Positions 34,001 to 45,871 of a stretch of DNA of 64,000 bases are shown here, in pieces (position 1 is the stretch's first letter; each line of letters opens with the position of its first letter). The DNA is taken from assembly GCF_001949145.1 (NCBI RefSeq), contig NW_019091360.1, forward strand, positions 864,137-928,136, in the 5' to 3' direction. This DNA comes from Acanthaster planci (lineage: Eukaryota). The position numbers were made by a program, and so were the translations under genes. Below the pieces are notes generated by a model. That model did no database searches, was not told where the DNA came from, and saw only the letters and a list, made by a program, of their open reading frames with translations.

Positions 34001-37000
34001 TACAATGCATGCCCCAAAAGCTGCTATTGAAAAATTCCATTAGTTACTTTTTTTGTCATTCTATGCAACTGACACTTCCTGACTCAACATGAATTACAAA
34101 TCATTTGCCTCATCATAAATCAAATGCACAGTCCTCTTAAAAAGTGTACATGTATGAGTGGGATACGAAAGTAGAGTTCAAACCTTCTGTGTTGAATGAC
34201 ATGATTGGCCCATCCATTTGCAAGGGCTTGGAACCAACCAATGGGGAGTAGTGGCTTTTCCTCATGCGCATTTGCTATTTCTCTGAACTAATGGAACGTG
34301 CTACCTTCAGACCTACTGTAGGGATAATCTTGGGACACATTTCTTCAACAGAAGTCAAGATGATTTGTCACCTCCATGCCAAGACCTGTTTGACCTGAAG
34401 AATATCTGTTTCGACCTTTTATTTCTTTCCCTTCAACTTTTACAGACATTGTTGCTTGTGAAACCATGGAGGAACACGGTGAAGAATAATGGAAGAAGTG
34501 TTATTAAAAAATAGTGAATAATGACAAATGAAAATTGCCTCATGTGTGTTCAAATTTTTCCACATGGAAATCTATGACTTCCCATTCTCATGGCCTTACA
34601 AAAAAGCATGTACAAGAATGCAATACATGGCTAGTTTAATAAAAACACAAGTTAAAAACTGAAAATGTGTTTTGGAAAGAATGTTACAACCTGGGTTTTA
34701 TTATTTGAAAAATTCCCTGACTTCAGTAGCAACCACAAAGCCCCAACCTCCTCAAAAAGTCAAAGTGCATTCTGGTTTTTGCCTTTTTCTTGATTTCCTT
34801 ATTAGTGCCGAATCGAGTGGACATGTTGTGTACAGAGAAACCCACAGAAGACCTGGGCAACTTTCCCTATCACCGATGACCCAGGAGACAGGTTTGTCAA
34901 GACAACAGTCCAAACCAGTAGAAGAACCAACTGAAGAAATCACAAGCCAAGAAGGGTAAGCAAGCACATGTACATGTATGTGTTAGAACTCTTTTAAAAG
35001 TTACAGCATTTCATAACAAACACATGTTGTCATTGAAACTCCAAGGGTCAATTCCATACATGCAGCACTGCCTACATGTACATGCAGACTTTGATATTTC
35101 AAGTGGTCAGATGGCTCTGTGTGTCTCTCAGGACTTTTGATGTCGCCTAATGTGGCTCTGTTTAAAATAATGTTCACCCTTACTGGGTTTAAACCTCTCA
35201 GTGGACAGTGGACCATTCCCATTGAATTCGATGTGATATTTTGTTCAGTGGCAGTGAAAGAAAAAAAACAATCGGTCACCTACTTCAAACAATACAGGAT
35301 ACACCTGCCAACAGTTGTGCATACATGTATGTGGAGTTTCGAAAAATTTCTGCCCAGTGCCTCTTTGCTGTGATGTCTTTGAAGGACGGATTTCATGTTG
35401 GAAGGAAATCTTGTGTTTTACTGCTTTGTGAAAACTGGGAACAGGTGTTGCAAGACTTGACCACACATGCACACTTTTAACTGGGGAGCAACCTATTCTG
35501 GCTGAAGATATGAGTTTTTTCCAAGGAGTGCTCTTAGAGTCACAGGAATATTCTGAGGTCTGAGTTACCCTTATAGAAACCTCTGTGTTGGCTGCACCAC
35601 AATTCTCATTTTTTGGAAGATTTTTCTTAAAATTGTAGATATTAGACTGTTGGCCATATTCTCGGGGTAATTGTTCTTATAGAAATTTCTTCCCAAGGCA
35701 AGCACTGTATTAGAAGAGTCAGTGTGTGTGTGTTGTGATTAAGCAAAACAACACTTTTTTCAGCTCTGGGGTTTTATAGGTTTGTAGGCATTGAAAGAGC
35801 ACAATAATATCATCTTCATTGTTGTGAAAACCCTCAAAAGTTTGTGTGTGGCATGTAGCTACAGTCAGGCTGTGACTTGTTGTTTAACTGTTTTGAATTG
35901 AGGTTTCCAAAGGCAAAGTTATACCTACAGGTACAGTGCATGTACTTGCTACAGTGTGGTAAGTTTGGGCACTGAAATGAACCGCAACAGATCTGAAACT
36001 AAGATCAAAGAAGAATGTAGTGCCTGGAATTTTTAATGTAGATACAGTATATCTCGAATTATAAAAATGACAAATTTGGCTTGATTATATACACGTATTG
36101 TGCTTTACCCGTCTGTTTGTTAAGTATGTAAAACTTTATGAATCCAAACTATTTCTTTCACTTTTGGCCCTCAAGTGATCCCAGCCATTCTGCAACAGGC
36201 ACAATTCTAGCCTTTTGCTTCTCACCAAGTGGACGATACTTGGCACTGTGTGATGATCACAAGATACTCTCCTTGTATGACACCCAAGATTGGCATCTGC
36301 TCAGCAACAGGTATTTTCTGGACGCAACAAGTATGTTTCGAGATGGAGACAGCAAAGGAAAATTGACAAAATATGAAACAAAAACCCCATTTGCCAGAGA
36401 TTCAAGCAAACAGAAACTGCCTTTACACATTTAATATTGTGTATCAGTTGCTTTTTTTAAATTACTGTTTGAATTGAATTCTCTGTTTAACCACTTTGTA
36501 TGGAGGGTGCTTTTGACATGGTCTAATCCATCCACTGATGGATTACTATGTCAAGCCCACTCATCTTTGGTTAACATCTAAGCCTGCTATTCCCCTGTTT
36601 GTTTTGTACACATGCTTACAAGTCTGAAAAGCCTGTGGAGAAAGGCAGTGTGTTGAACTTGAACTTGGCAGCTGTGCACAGCCCACTGTGGCAGCAAATA
36701 TTGCTCTGTGGGTAGGAGTACTGAAAAATAGGTTGTTGCAATAGGACATGTGGTGAGTGGTTACATTATCAAAAGTTGGCCTCCTTATGTTGTCTTTTTC
36801 AAAAGTTGAAAATTTCAGTCAAGAAATATCCTTTGCAAGTGGTTGAAGATATTTTCTCTCTTGGCCTTGCCCTGCAGTGCCTTTTATTGATATCACCTGT
36901 AGTTACATAGATGAAGTAGCACATGCAGTCAATGCATTATTTGTCCTTTTTGTACATTAATCCTAACAGTCCCAAATCCTTTGATTTCAGTATGATTTCA

Positions 37001-40000
37001 CATACACCTTAGGGTAGGATAAGGGGTTAGGGTTATCTGTGATGCCAGGTTATTTGTCCAGATACATGATTGCTGAACCTAACAGTTCTAGCATCATCGT
37101 TAGCGTAGCTTCCAAACAGTTTTTCTTCTTTTATCAAACACATGTGAATCCTATTGATTTCTTATTTCTCCTTCTCAGACTTGTCAGAGAGTAGAACATA
37201 AAATTTGAAGTAGGTCTGCAAGTTTTCATTTATTTTTTCAATCAATCAATTGTTGATGATCAAATGGCCCCTTTTGTCCTCAAATTTTCATGCAAGGTTT
37301 AATTAAAAGTATTTTTTGCTAAAACATCTGAACAGCTCATGTCATCCACTTATTCCTTTCGATTACAATCTGTCTTTTTATTTTTCCCATTCTTTTCATT
37401 AAGAATGTTCCAGATTTTTGGTTTTAAGAATCTTTTGGCAATTCTCGTTCACCATCTGAAGAGATGTATTGATTTTCACAAAGCAGTTTTTGAGTTATCG
37501 AGTAGAAAAATGAATACATCAATTGATTGAGTAACCCAGTAATACTTGTGGGCCTATGAAAGTACTTTGAATTTGTCATTGTTTGGTTTTCTTAATTTCA
37601 GGGTGACACTAAAGCGATGCATGGCTGTAGCCTTCAACAATGCAGAGAACATATTGTATGTTGCAGATAAATTTGGAGATGTCCACAGTTTCTCAGTGAC
37701 GGAACCTCAAAGCGACGGAAGTCTCATTTTAGGTCATTTGTCAATGCTGTTGGACATGGTAAAACTTAAACAAAAAAAGAAACAATCTTTCATTCCAATT
37801 CTGTACTGTTTTATTTTTTGGTCAATAAGTTCAACCACACAGTAAACCATACTTACATTTGTTACTCTCTAGCTTCCTGTGAATTTGCAATTTTCTTCTA
37901 TTTTTGTTTCCAGCTCTGGATATATTTAAGAAAATGTTTTTCCTCCATAGGAGATGTAAGGGTTGTTCATTTCAAGGAGTTACAAAGCAAATCTAATTAT
38001 AAGCATCGAGTGTGGGGAAGACTCATTTAATCATGTTGAACTGAAAGCAATCAATTATAGTGAATGTGAAATGAGTTTGCAATGAAAACGTCACCCAAAA
38101 CCTACTTACTTAAACTAGCCAAGGGAGTCAGGTTGGTACAGGGGAGTTAAGCTGATGTAGTTGTTCTTTCTGCACTTTCCACTTCTGCGGCCATGGATCC
38201 AAATACCGCCTGCTGGTAGATCAGCGTGTGGATTGGGTTTTCAGTCCCTACCTGATTGCGTTGGTTTCTCTGAAACGTTTATGTAGGGTTGTCCTTCAAC
38301 TTGTAAAGTTGAAGCTTTCTTCATTATCTTCTTCATTGTCACTCTTTTTCATCCTGTCATTGGTGCTGAACTACTGTTGGGAGAAGAGAAATAAGTGAGT
38401 GAGTTAACTTTTCAAAAATAAATAGGTCCAATCTATCCGTTTATTGGTTGTCAGCATTAGAAGTGTTTAATTCTTCTTTTAGGTGGTGTCACCAGATGAC
38501 AGGTACATCTTGACTTCTGATAGGGATGAGAAGATTCGTGTCAGTTGTTTGCCAAATGCCTACAACATCCATGCCTTTTGCCTTGGCCACACAGAGTGAG
38601 TCAATTGTCGGGTAGGGTTTGTACTTGATACATCCGTCCAGCATGTTAGAGTGGAAAATAGCTGCACAGTGCCTTGTTTGAACCTACTAACCTATATGTA
38701 AGACATCATGAAATTGCTGCACGTATTATGTACATATTTAGATCATGGGGCAGTAGGCTACCCAGAATGCATTGTGTTCCCCTTCTCAGTATTATGATGT
38801 TAGGGGAATGTGCTGTTACATCAGGTGATTTGCAATTATTGCAACTTGCACATGTGAGCAAGGGATACATATTGCATGTACACTAGTAGACATGCAATGA
38901 AATGGGAGCTCACTAGTGAGTGGCTGGAAGTGGTTATAGCAGATTTTGAACAGAATGTGCACAAAAATGGTGAATGCACATAAATGAGAGCATAATGGCA
39001 GAAGTGACATATCCAGGTTTGACGCCAGGTCATTGTAGTTAGAGTAGAAGTTAGAAATTGTTAGAATGAAATGCCTTTTGATGTAGCAAAATGCTACAAA
39101 TTTTACTGTATCATTTTGAACAAAAAAAAGTCACAATTCAGCCTCCCGAATCTTTTGTTGAGAAGTCTTGAAAGTTTCCTCATTTTGGAAGTGTTCTGGG
39201 CATTTGAAGTGTACGTGCAAGTACTCAACAGTGTAAAAGAGTTATGACAGACACCTACCGGTAAATGGCATTACCACTGTGGGAAAATGTCACAGCCTAA
39301 AACTTAAGCCATGCATAGTCCTACTACACTAGCCTTGGTCAAGGCGTTCATCATTCATTGCAGCACAGCACACACCAGCCACTCACTGACCTAGTACGTA
39401 CATGTTCCTGCGTACGTACATACCTGCATACACTGCAAAATCAAGGCGAAGAGCGACCTCATGCGGCCTAAGAAATATATAAATCAGCTGAACCTGGATG
39501 GTGTGCACTGTGCTGCACTGCGACAAATGACAAACACCTTGACCAAGGATATTACTACACTCACATAAACTAGTGAGTGTACTTGCAGTTTGGCATTTAA
39601 TTGAATAGTCACAAAGTGCTGCCTACTTGTACTTGTTTTTGATGGAGTCCTTAGCGATGTACATGAAGAGTATGGTAAAAAATGTGACATACAATTGACC
39701 TAGTGTGTCACTTTTTTGTACATTTATAGTAATAAATGTAAATCTTTTTGAAACTGACAATTTACGGTGTATTTCCTTACAGATTTGTCAGTAAAATAGC
39801 CATCTTGCCAGGCTTGGAGAATACCCTTGTCACAGGTGGTGGGGTGAGCCGTAATTTCTGCTTTATCAATTTATTTTAAAGTCCAAGCAGTTTTATGTGG
39901 TCATCTTTTCGTACTGTGTCTAATTAGTTGGAACCCCTCACAGATGGCTCATGGGGTGTTTCAGCACCATGAAGTTGAACCCCCAAGAAAGGAAATGGGG

Positions 40001-43000
40001 GGAGGCTCTGTACCTTTCACTATTTTTTTCAACTTGGAAAATGAAAATTGGAAAAGCAAGTCAAGGTATTTTTTGTTGTTCCAATTTGAAATCAAAAGCA
40101 AGGAAATCCATTCACTACACATTGTCAAGAAATTTAAAAGAGTAACATATTGTTTGTTTCTTGTTTTTGTTTCAAAATAACAAAAAATTAATTAATGATG
40201 AGTTTCATACTTCATTTTTTAAATTGAAAAACAAGTGAATGAAATGTACATGGACTAGCATGGTTGCTGCTTTCAGAAGTGTCCTTGACTTAAACTGCAG
40301 ATACCCCTTCTTTGAACTCACGATTGGTACATGAATAAGTCGTTAAATGTGATTGGTCATTTGCACAAGCCCAGGATGCAACTCTCCGGTTCTGGGACTA
40401 CAGACAAGGGAAGCAGCTATCATGTGTACACCTGCAACCTGTGAATGAGACAAGCAGTGAAGAACAGCAGCTGATTGTCACAGGGATCACTTGCTGCCGG
40501 AGACACAGGCTGGTTGCTGTCACAATCCTAGGGTGAGAGTTACCAATGAATCTTTGTCAAACTAGTTCATGCTGGAGGTTGAGGACGTGTCAACACAATC
40601 TGGCAGTCTACATAGACATGGGTGTCTGAAGGGTTAATATACCATGTGTGTACTGAGTTACAGCCAACGGACATGTAAACTCAATAATCTCACATTTTGC
40701 TTTGTATACATAACCAAAGTCCAAGAAGCCTTTGGAGGCAGACCATGTGTTGAACTTAACTGCTGTACCCGGCATGTTTTTAGTAAGTATCACTGCATGG
40801 CGGTGTCCCAGAGTGTTGCAAAGTATGAGGCAGGAAGAAGAAATGGTGTGGAAATATTGTTAAAATGACTCTGACGTGTCAACATTTGTGGTATTTGGCT
40901 GTATCTGAAATGTTGGCTGCTGTGTCTTGCCTCTTTTGAAAGTTGAAAGTTTCAGCCAAAATATACCACCTGCAAGTGGTTAAGCTGCATAATAGTTGAA
41001 TCCACACCGGTACCTATCCACAGGTGTGATTAGAATGCACCTTGGTGTTAGCACTGGTTGGGATGCATGTGGTGGAAGAGCACCGGTACCTATCCACCGG
41101 TGTGATTAGAATGCACCTTGGTGTTAGCACTGGTTGGGATGCATGTGGTGGAAGAGCACCGGTACCTATCCACCGGTGTGATTACAATGCACTTTGGTGT
41201 TAGCACTGGTTGGGATGCATGTGGTGGAAGAGTATGCTCAACTAATTTCATCTAAATCAGGGTCCATTGATATGAGATTTTTGCAATAATTGATATATGG
41301 GAAATCCAGTATCGAGTACATGTAATATATTAATTACATGTATTTGCCATGTGCAGTAAACTCTTCTGTAGTGTAATTCGACAATAAGGATTGGAGGCCG
41401 TTACCGCGGTGGCACAACGCCCATGGACAGGTGGCAGCGCACACATTACATGCCTCCTTGACCAATAGGGTGAAATGATTTGCCAAATGTACACACGCGT
41501 CAAGCTGAATAATGTGCAGTGCCACTGCAGTTATGGTGTCTCCTTGGATAAGTCTACACTCAAAACTGGATAAGTCAAAACTCCATTTACCTGAAAGCTA
41601 CAATTTATTCCCATCATGAAAATAGGATATCTACATGAGTACCTCCATAGCTCGAAATGCCTGCACGGTACCTTTGTTTCGTGTGACCAGTCTGAAAGCA
41701 GGGATGCAAATATGCAAGAGTGTCCGTTCATCAGAGGGAGGTATGGAGGAATAGGTCATACCCCCCTTATGAAAGGACATTCTTGCATATTTGCACCTCT
41801 GTATGAAAGCAACCCCATCCTGAAGAGTCATAGGCCATGTTTGTTTGACACAGATCTGGAGCATGATCAGTGATCCGTCGTTGGGTAATGGACACCAAAA
41901 CTAGCCTTATAGATGGAGCAAACCAGCAATGGGATCACTCATTGAGATCCAGATCTGTGTGAAACAAACAGGCTCATAAACAAGTATAAACAGATTGCCA
42001 AACATTTTCATGAATCATTCCTCCCCAGTACTTTTCAACCCTTCACACTGGGATACATTGTGCATGCCATATGCTATCACAGTATATGGACAAGATGCCT
42101 TATCGCTATAGTCCACCCAATTGTAGTCTGTCCATTGACAGTCCAATCCCTAGCTCTTTGTGGTGGCCATGTGACTAACTGCACTAGTAATCTGGCTTTT
42201 GAAATCGCCTGATTGCTATTGCTGGCCCAGATGCAGTTCTTGGTTCATGCATTATGGAGCAAAATGTTAAGAAATTAAGTCTTGCTACACACAATTGTTG
42301 TCATTTTGAGGGAGCTGGTCAGAAAGGCAGTTTGGTCTTTTGATAGCGCATGAAAAAAAAATGAAATGTATCATTAGTCATTTGGGATTATCAGTTTACA
42401 TGCACAAGATTGGCCGCATCAGCCTGGCCCACATGCCATGAGGTGGCATGGCATCACTTGTTTGTTCCAAATGACCTCATTTTGTTGAAGTACCAAAATG
42501 TTTGTAGTTGTATTATTCTTTTTTTATCAGGTCACATTGTATTTGGCTGTTCCGTGTGACATCATCTGAAGGAGACAGCTTACTAGTGGAAAGACTGCCA
42601 TCGCTTGATGTTCAGGCTGTTTGTTGGTCAGCATGCTTTGATGGTCAGGACCATCTCTGGATACTCAGGCAACTTGAGTCACAACCAGTGGAGGTTTATT
42701 CAGTCGTTGAGTCACATGAAGGTTTCTCAGTAAGTAACATAGCATTGTTCATTTTGCTGTTTTGAGGAATATGCATTTTTCCCAGAACAAAGCACAAACA
42801 CATCCCCCATCAGATCAGTCAGTAATTTTTGTACCATGCAACTAAGTCTGAAAGACAAAGGTTGATATGTATTCTGTAAGGAATAAATTAAATCACTGTT
42901 GCGTAACCTTTTGTTTTCCACAAGATATTAGTGCACAGACCTCACAGACATACATGTACATGTACCTTACAAGGCAGTCAAGGCAATGCACAGGAGGTCA

Positions 43001-44040
43001 TTTGTATGCAACACAGTGTGTGTTGTAAGCAGTCATACTGCCTTGTTCCATAGTTGGGAGACCACATGTATGTTGTGAAATAGTTATTTTGGGTTCTTCA
43101 AATGCGGTAGGAACTCACAAAAATCAAATTTTTTTAACAAAAGAAAACCTTCCTTAAGCATGGTTTCAGCCAGGTTTTTTTTCCCCAGACTGGACATGTG
43201 ACCAGTCTAGACCAACCAAATTAAAGTGTCCCAAGATATGAAGTTGTGAAATTCTTAAATAATTTTACATTTTTCTGGAACAGTAATTCTCAAATGATGT
43301 TTGGGCTCAAGCCTTACTATTCTTCAAAAGATTTCAATACTTCACACCAGTGTTGTACTACGGTGAACAATGACAGGCGAATTCTTTTGGCCCACTTCAT
43401 GTCAACGGCTTGTGACTCAGCTTAACACTGAATAGCTTCTGTGCGACTTGTAGAGACTTGTGATGGACTTGACTGCAACACTGCCTCATACATTAAAATT
43501 AGCCAAAAGTTATATTGGTTTAATATGCTAGCAAGCAGAGCATAATGGTAGTGTACATGAACGTCAAAACACTACCTTAAATAATGGTCATGTTTGAATT
43601 TTTCTATTTAATATAGCTACTGGCTGTTGATGAATCAGAGGAAAACTCCAGTTTGACAAGCATAGTGAAAGACCTGAACATGGATTGGAGCTTTTTCCAA
43701 GGTAATGATAGTGACCCGTCTCCCAGTTACAAGTACTCATTAGCAAAACTGTTCCCGATGTCATTTTGCCAGATTGATATGCTAACTTGCCCATATGATG
43801 GAAAATGTATACATATCGAAACGATTAACTGTTGATCTTTGTCCAGGGGCTGTCAACACACCAAGCCTGTATACTAATCTGTACAAGAAAAGCTTCGACA
43901 ATACACAGGCGTACTTGAAACGGAAACAGCAAAGGATAAAGGACCAACAAGAGAAGAAAAGTATGAGGAAGAATAAGACGCAGTGGTCTCCGGTGGGAAA
44001 GAGGGCAAGATTAAAACAGGACAAGGAGAGCAGCAGATGA
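31023..44040 (+). CDS. WDR4: tRNA (guanine-N7)-methyltransferase non-catalytic subunit WDR4/Trm82, 441 aa; join(31023..31096,34806..34955,36176..36310,37602..37758,38483..38595,39783..39843,40375..40532,42531..42729,43617..43701,43847..44040)
   Basis: Ten GT-AG exons with consistent phases, 1326 nt in total. Diagnostic motifs are [86 protein letters not shown] and [25 protein letters not shown] at 44449-44454. Exons 1-2 are the least conserved but fit the reading phase. Confidence 0.95.
31593..32148. mobile_element. MITE with ~60-bp TIRs (TAGCCCC...GGGGCTA) and a 9-bp TSD
   Basis: TAGCCCCACTAGTGTGGCACGGACTCTCGCTAC...CACACATCCGTA is inverted at 32089-32148 with 3 mismatches. The flanks are ACTGTGAAC (31584-92) and ACTTTGAAC (32149-57). 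Confidence 0.9.
31652..31903. mobile_element. Foldback element nested inside the 31593-32148 MITE
   Basis: Inverted arms of ~100 bp: GCTCTCACAG..CCATCTTTAAAATAAGGTC..GCTGTTCCATGTCAAGACATATCTAA and TTAGATATGTCTTGACATGGAACAGC..GACCTTATTTTAAAGATGG..CTGTGAGAGC. Confidence 0.85.
36747..36848 (+). repeat. Dispersed repeat fragment (second copy at ~40883-40985)
   Basis: Both copies share ...AAAGTTGAAA.TTTCAG.CAA.A...CC..TGCAAGTGGTT. Confidence 0.55.
38170..38345 (+). mobile_element. Decayed SINE, same family as 727-965, in WDR4 intron 4
   Basis: TTCCACTTCTGCGGCCATGGATCCAAAT..GTGTGGATTGGGTTTTCAGTCCCTACCTGATTGCGTTGGTTT aligns by eye with the 727-965 copy. Confidence 0.6.
39330..39551. mobile_element. 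MITE with ~50-bp TIRs (TAGCCTTGGTCAAGG...) and a 9-bp TSD
   Basis: TAGCCTTGGTCAAGGCGTT..TGCAGCACAGCACACCA and TGGTGTGCACTGTGCTGCA..AACACCTTGACCAAGGATA. The flanks are CTACTACAC (39321-29) and TTACTACAC (39552-60). Confidence 0.8.
41005..41232. repeat. Tandem repeat, 3 x 76 bp
   Basis: Units start at 41005, 41081 and 41157 (CACCGGTACCTATCCAC.GGTGTGATTA.AATGCAC.TTGGTGTTAGCACTGGTTGGGATGCATGTGGTGGAAGAG) and differ at only three positions. Confidence 0.95.
41699..41801. mobile_element. hAT-like MITE, 103 bp, CAG...CTG termini, 8-bp TSD
   Basis: CAGGGATGCAAATATGCAAGAGTGTCCGTTCAT and ATGAAAGGACATTCTTGCATATTTGCACCTCTG. The flanks are TCTGAAAG (41691-98) and TATGAAAG (41802-09). Confidence 0.8.
41833..41974. 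mobile_element. Small foldback element / MITE
   Basis: TGTTTGTTTGACACAGATCTGGA..AGTGATCC and GGATCACT..TCCAGATCTGTGTGAAACAAACA form inverted arms. Confidence 0.7.
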
Positions 44041-44843
44041 TTCCCAGATTTGGACATTGAAAAGCTGACTTGGAAGTTGAGCAATGGAAAAAAATGATTC
44101 TGTGAATCTTTTGTTGTCAAAGAAAATTTGACAGATGTAGGAGTGGAACATTAACAATCTGGAAATGCAGTTAAGCTGTACCAACGTAGCTATCCAAGTA
44201 CATTCTGATTTAAATGTGCTGAGTTCCCCTTGAAGTTTATTTTGTCCAAAGGACGTAAGCACGCTTGATCACAGCAGAAAAAATGTTGCTGGCAAATGGG
44301 TTTAAGAAACGCATTGTCTTTATTACAATTTTAGTAAAAACGGGTGAAGTTTACTACAAATCAACATAGGCTGTTCAAAAGGCAACCTTTGAACAACTTA
44401 TTAAACGACTCGGGAACATTTTGCAAAGAAATATTTATTTTTCATTAAAATAAAACAATTGCGTACATACGTCCTTTTGCCGCGAAAAATATTTTTTTAG
44501 TGATCGTGCTTCCCAGCAGGTCGTAAGTGGTTACGTCCTTCCAGGCAATGAACGATTTGAACATTAACCTCAACCAGCTGGCAGATGCTTGGGAGATTAA
44601 ATGTGCATTTGACCTCTACAGATATCATCACTTAAATATATTTTCAATATTTAAGGCATGGATTTTGTTGGACTGCCTGGTGACTTGGGACATAAGTTGG
44701 AAGTATGGACAAAGGGAATTCCCAGGTTAGTCAACAGAGGACAATAAGTTTGATAGATGGAGTCAGGGATGAGTGGTCAGTAATAGTGGTTAAATATCTT
44801 AAGAATGTTGTACAAAGATTGAACTCTGAAAGGCTCGATAGAA

Positions 44844-45073
44844 GGGTCATTCTATAAAGTAAGGGTCCAAAAGTGTGACATTTTTGTGTCCCTGTCACAC
44901 CTGACCCGTGTAATTTGACATGGAAATGTCACTGAAATTGATTTCAAACTATTTTTATTTGTTTGGCAGGTAATTTGCATTAATTCATCACTCTTGGCAA
45001 TTAGAGAATGTGTGCTGAACTTCCAAAATCATATGTCAGATGGGACAGGGACCCCTAATTTATAGAATGACCC
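44844..45073. mobile_element. MITE with ~25-bp TIRs (GGGTCATTCTATAAA...) and a 4-bp TSD AGAA
   Basis: GGGTCATTCTATAAAGTAAGGGTCC and GGACCCCTAATTTATAGAATGACCC, with AGAA at 44840-43 and 45074-77. Confidence 0.8.
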
Positions 45074-45427
45074 AGAAGCAAAGTTTGTGAATGAGAAGGT
45101 CTTTTAGGAGTGGCATTGGTCAAGTGGTTGGTAGAAAAGTTGAACTTTTTGGAAGTTTGGAATCGGGGAGAAGTTGAAACTTGAAGCAGCAACAGAAGAT
45201 ATGGCAAGAGTTAGAATTTGCTAAGAATACTTGAACAAAGTAGAATTCTTATGTAGATTGTTTTAAGAAATCCTTGAAATTGTGTGCTTGATAGCATACA
45301 AAGATTATTAGGAGGAGTGGAGTTTGTGTATTTTTGTACAAATCAGTGATAAAGGAAAATAAAAGTTGAAAACAAAGGCAGTTCAGGAATGCTCAATCTT
45401 TCAAATGATGGGTCCGAATTGTTTATT

Positions 45428-45871
45428 TGTGACCAGCTCTGCAAAAAAGGGTAATAAGTTGCACTATGCCAAAACATGTTATGGCCTGTTCTATTTGGAG
45501 ATGGCAACCTTTCTTAAAAAATGTGATTTTGTGTTTTTTCCTTTAATGCTTTCTATGGTATTTATATTTCCAGAATTTGCTACAAACATGGATACTGATG
45601 AATAAAGATAAAAAATTGATCATTTAGTAGGAAATCCTACGTAGCATTGTGTTTCCAAGCACTACAATTCAAGAGCTTTTTCTCAAAAAGTGCTTTTATT
45701 GAATCTAAATAATTGTGGATACACAAATGTCTATATATATCCAGAACGCAGCGCACTACAGGGGTCATTCATGTATCAAATTGTAGCTTTTGATGTACAG
45801 AATCCAGCCATATCCAAAACTCATAACCTGAATCTGGCGACTTATTACCCATTTTTCTAGAGCCGGTCACA
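45428..45871. mobile_element. MITE with ~35-bp imperfect TIRs (TGTGACC...GGTCACA)
   Basis: TGTGACCAGCTCTGCAAAAAAGGGTAATAAGTTGC and GCGACTTATTACCCATTTTTCTAGAGCCGGTCACA. Confidence 0.75.

Noticed and set aside
37005..37035. TTAGGG-like motifs, also near 23665-23680
   Set aside because: Only 1-3 degenerate units, so this is not an interstitial telomeric array. It is probably part of small repeats.
31097..43846. Intronic snoRNAs in WDR4
   Set aside because: I found no convincing C/D box pair with a terminal stem and no H/ACA structure by eye. An Infernal/Rfam scan would be needed to exclude them.
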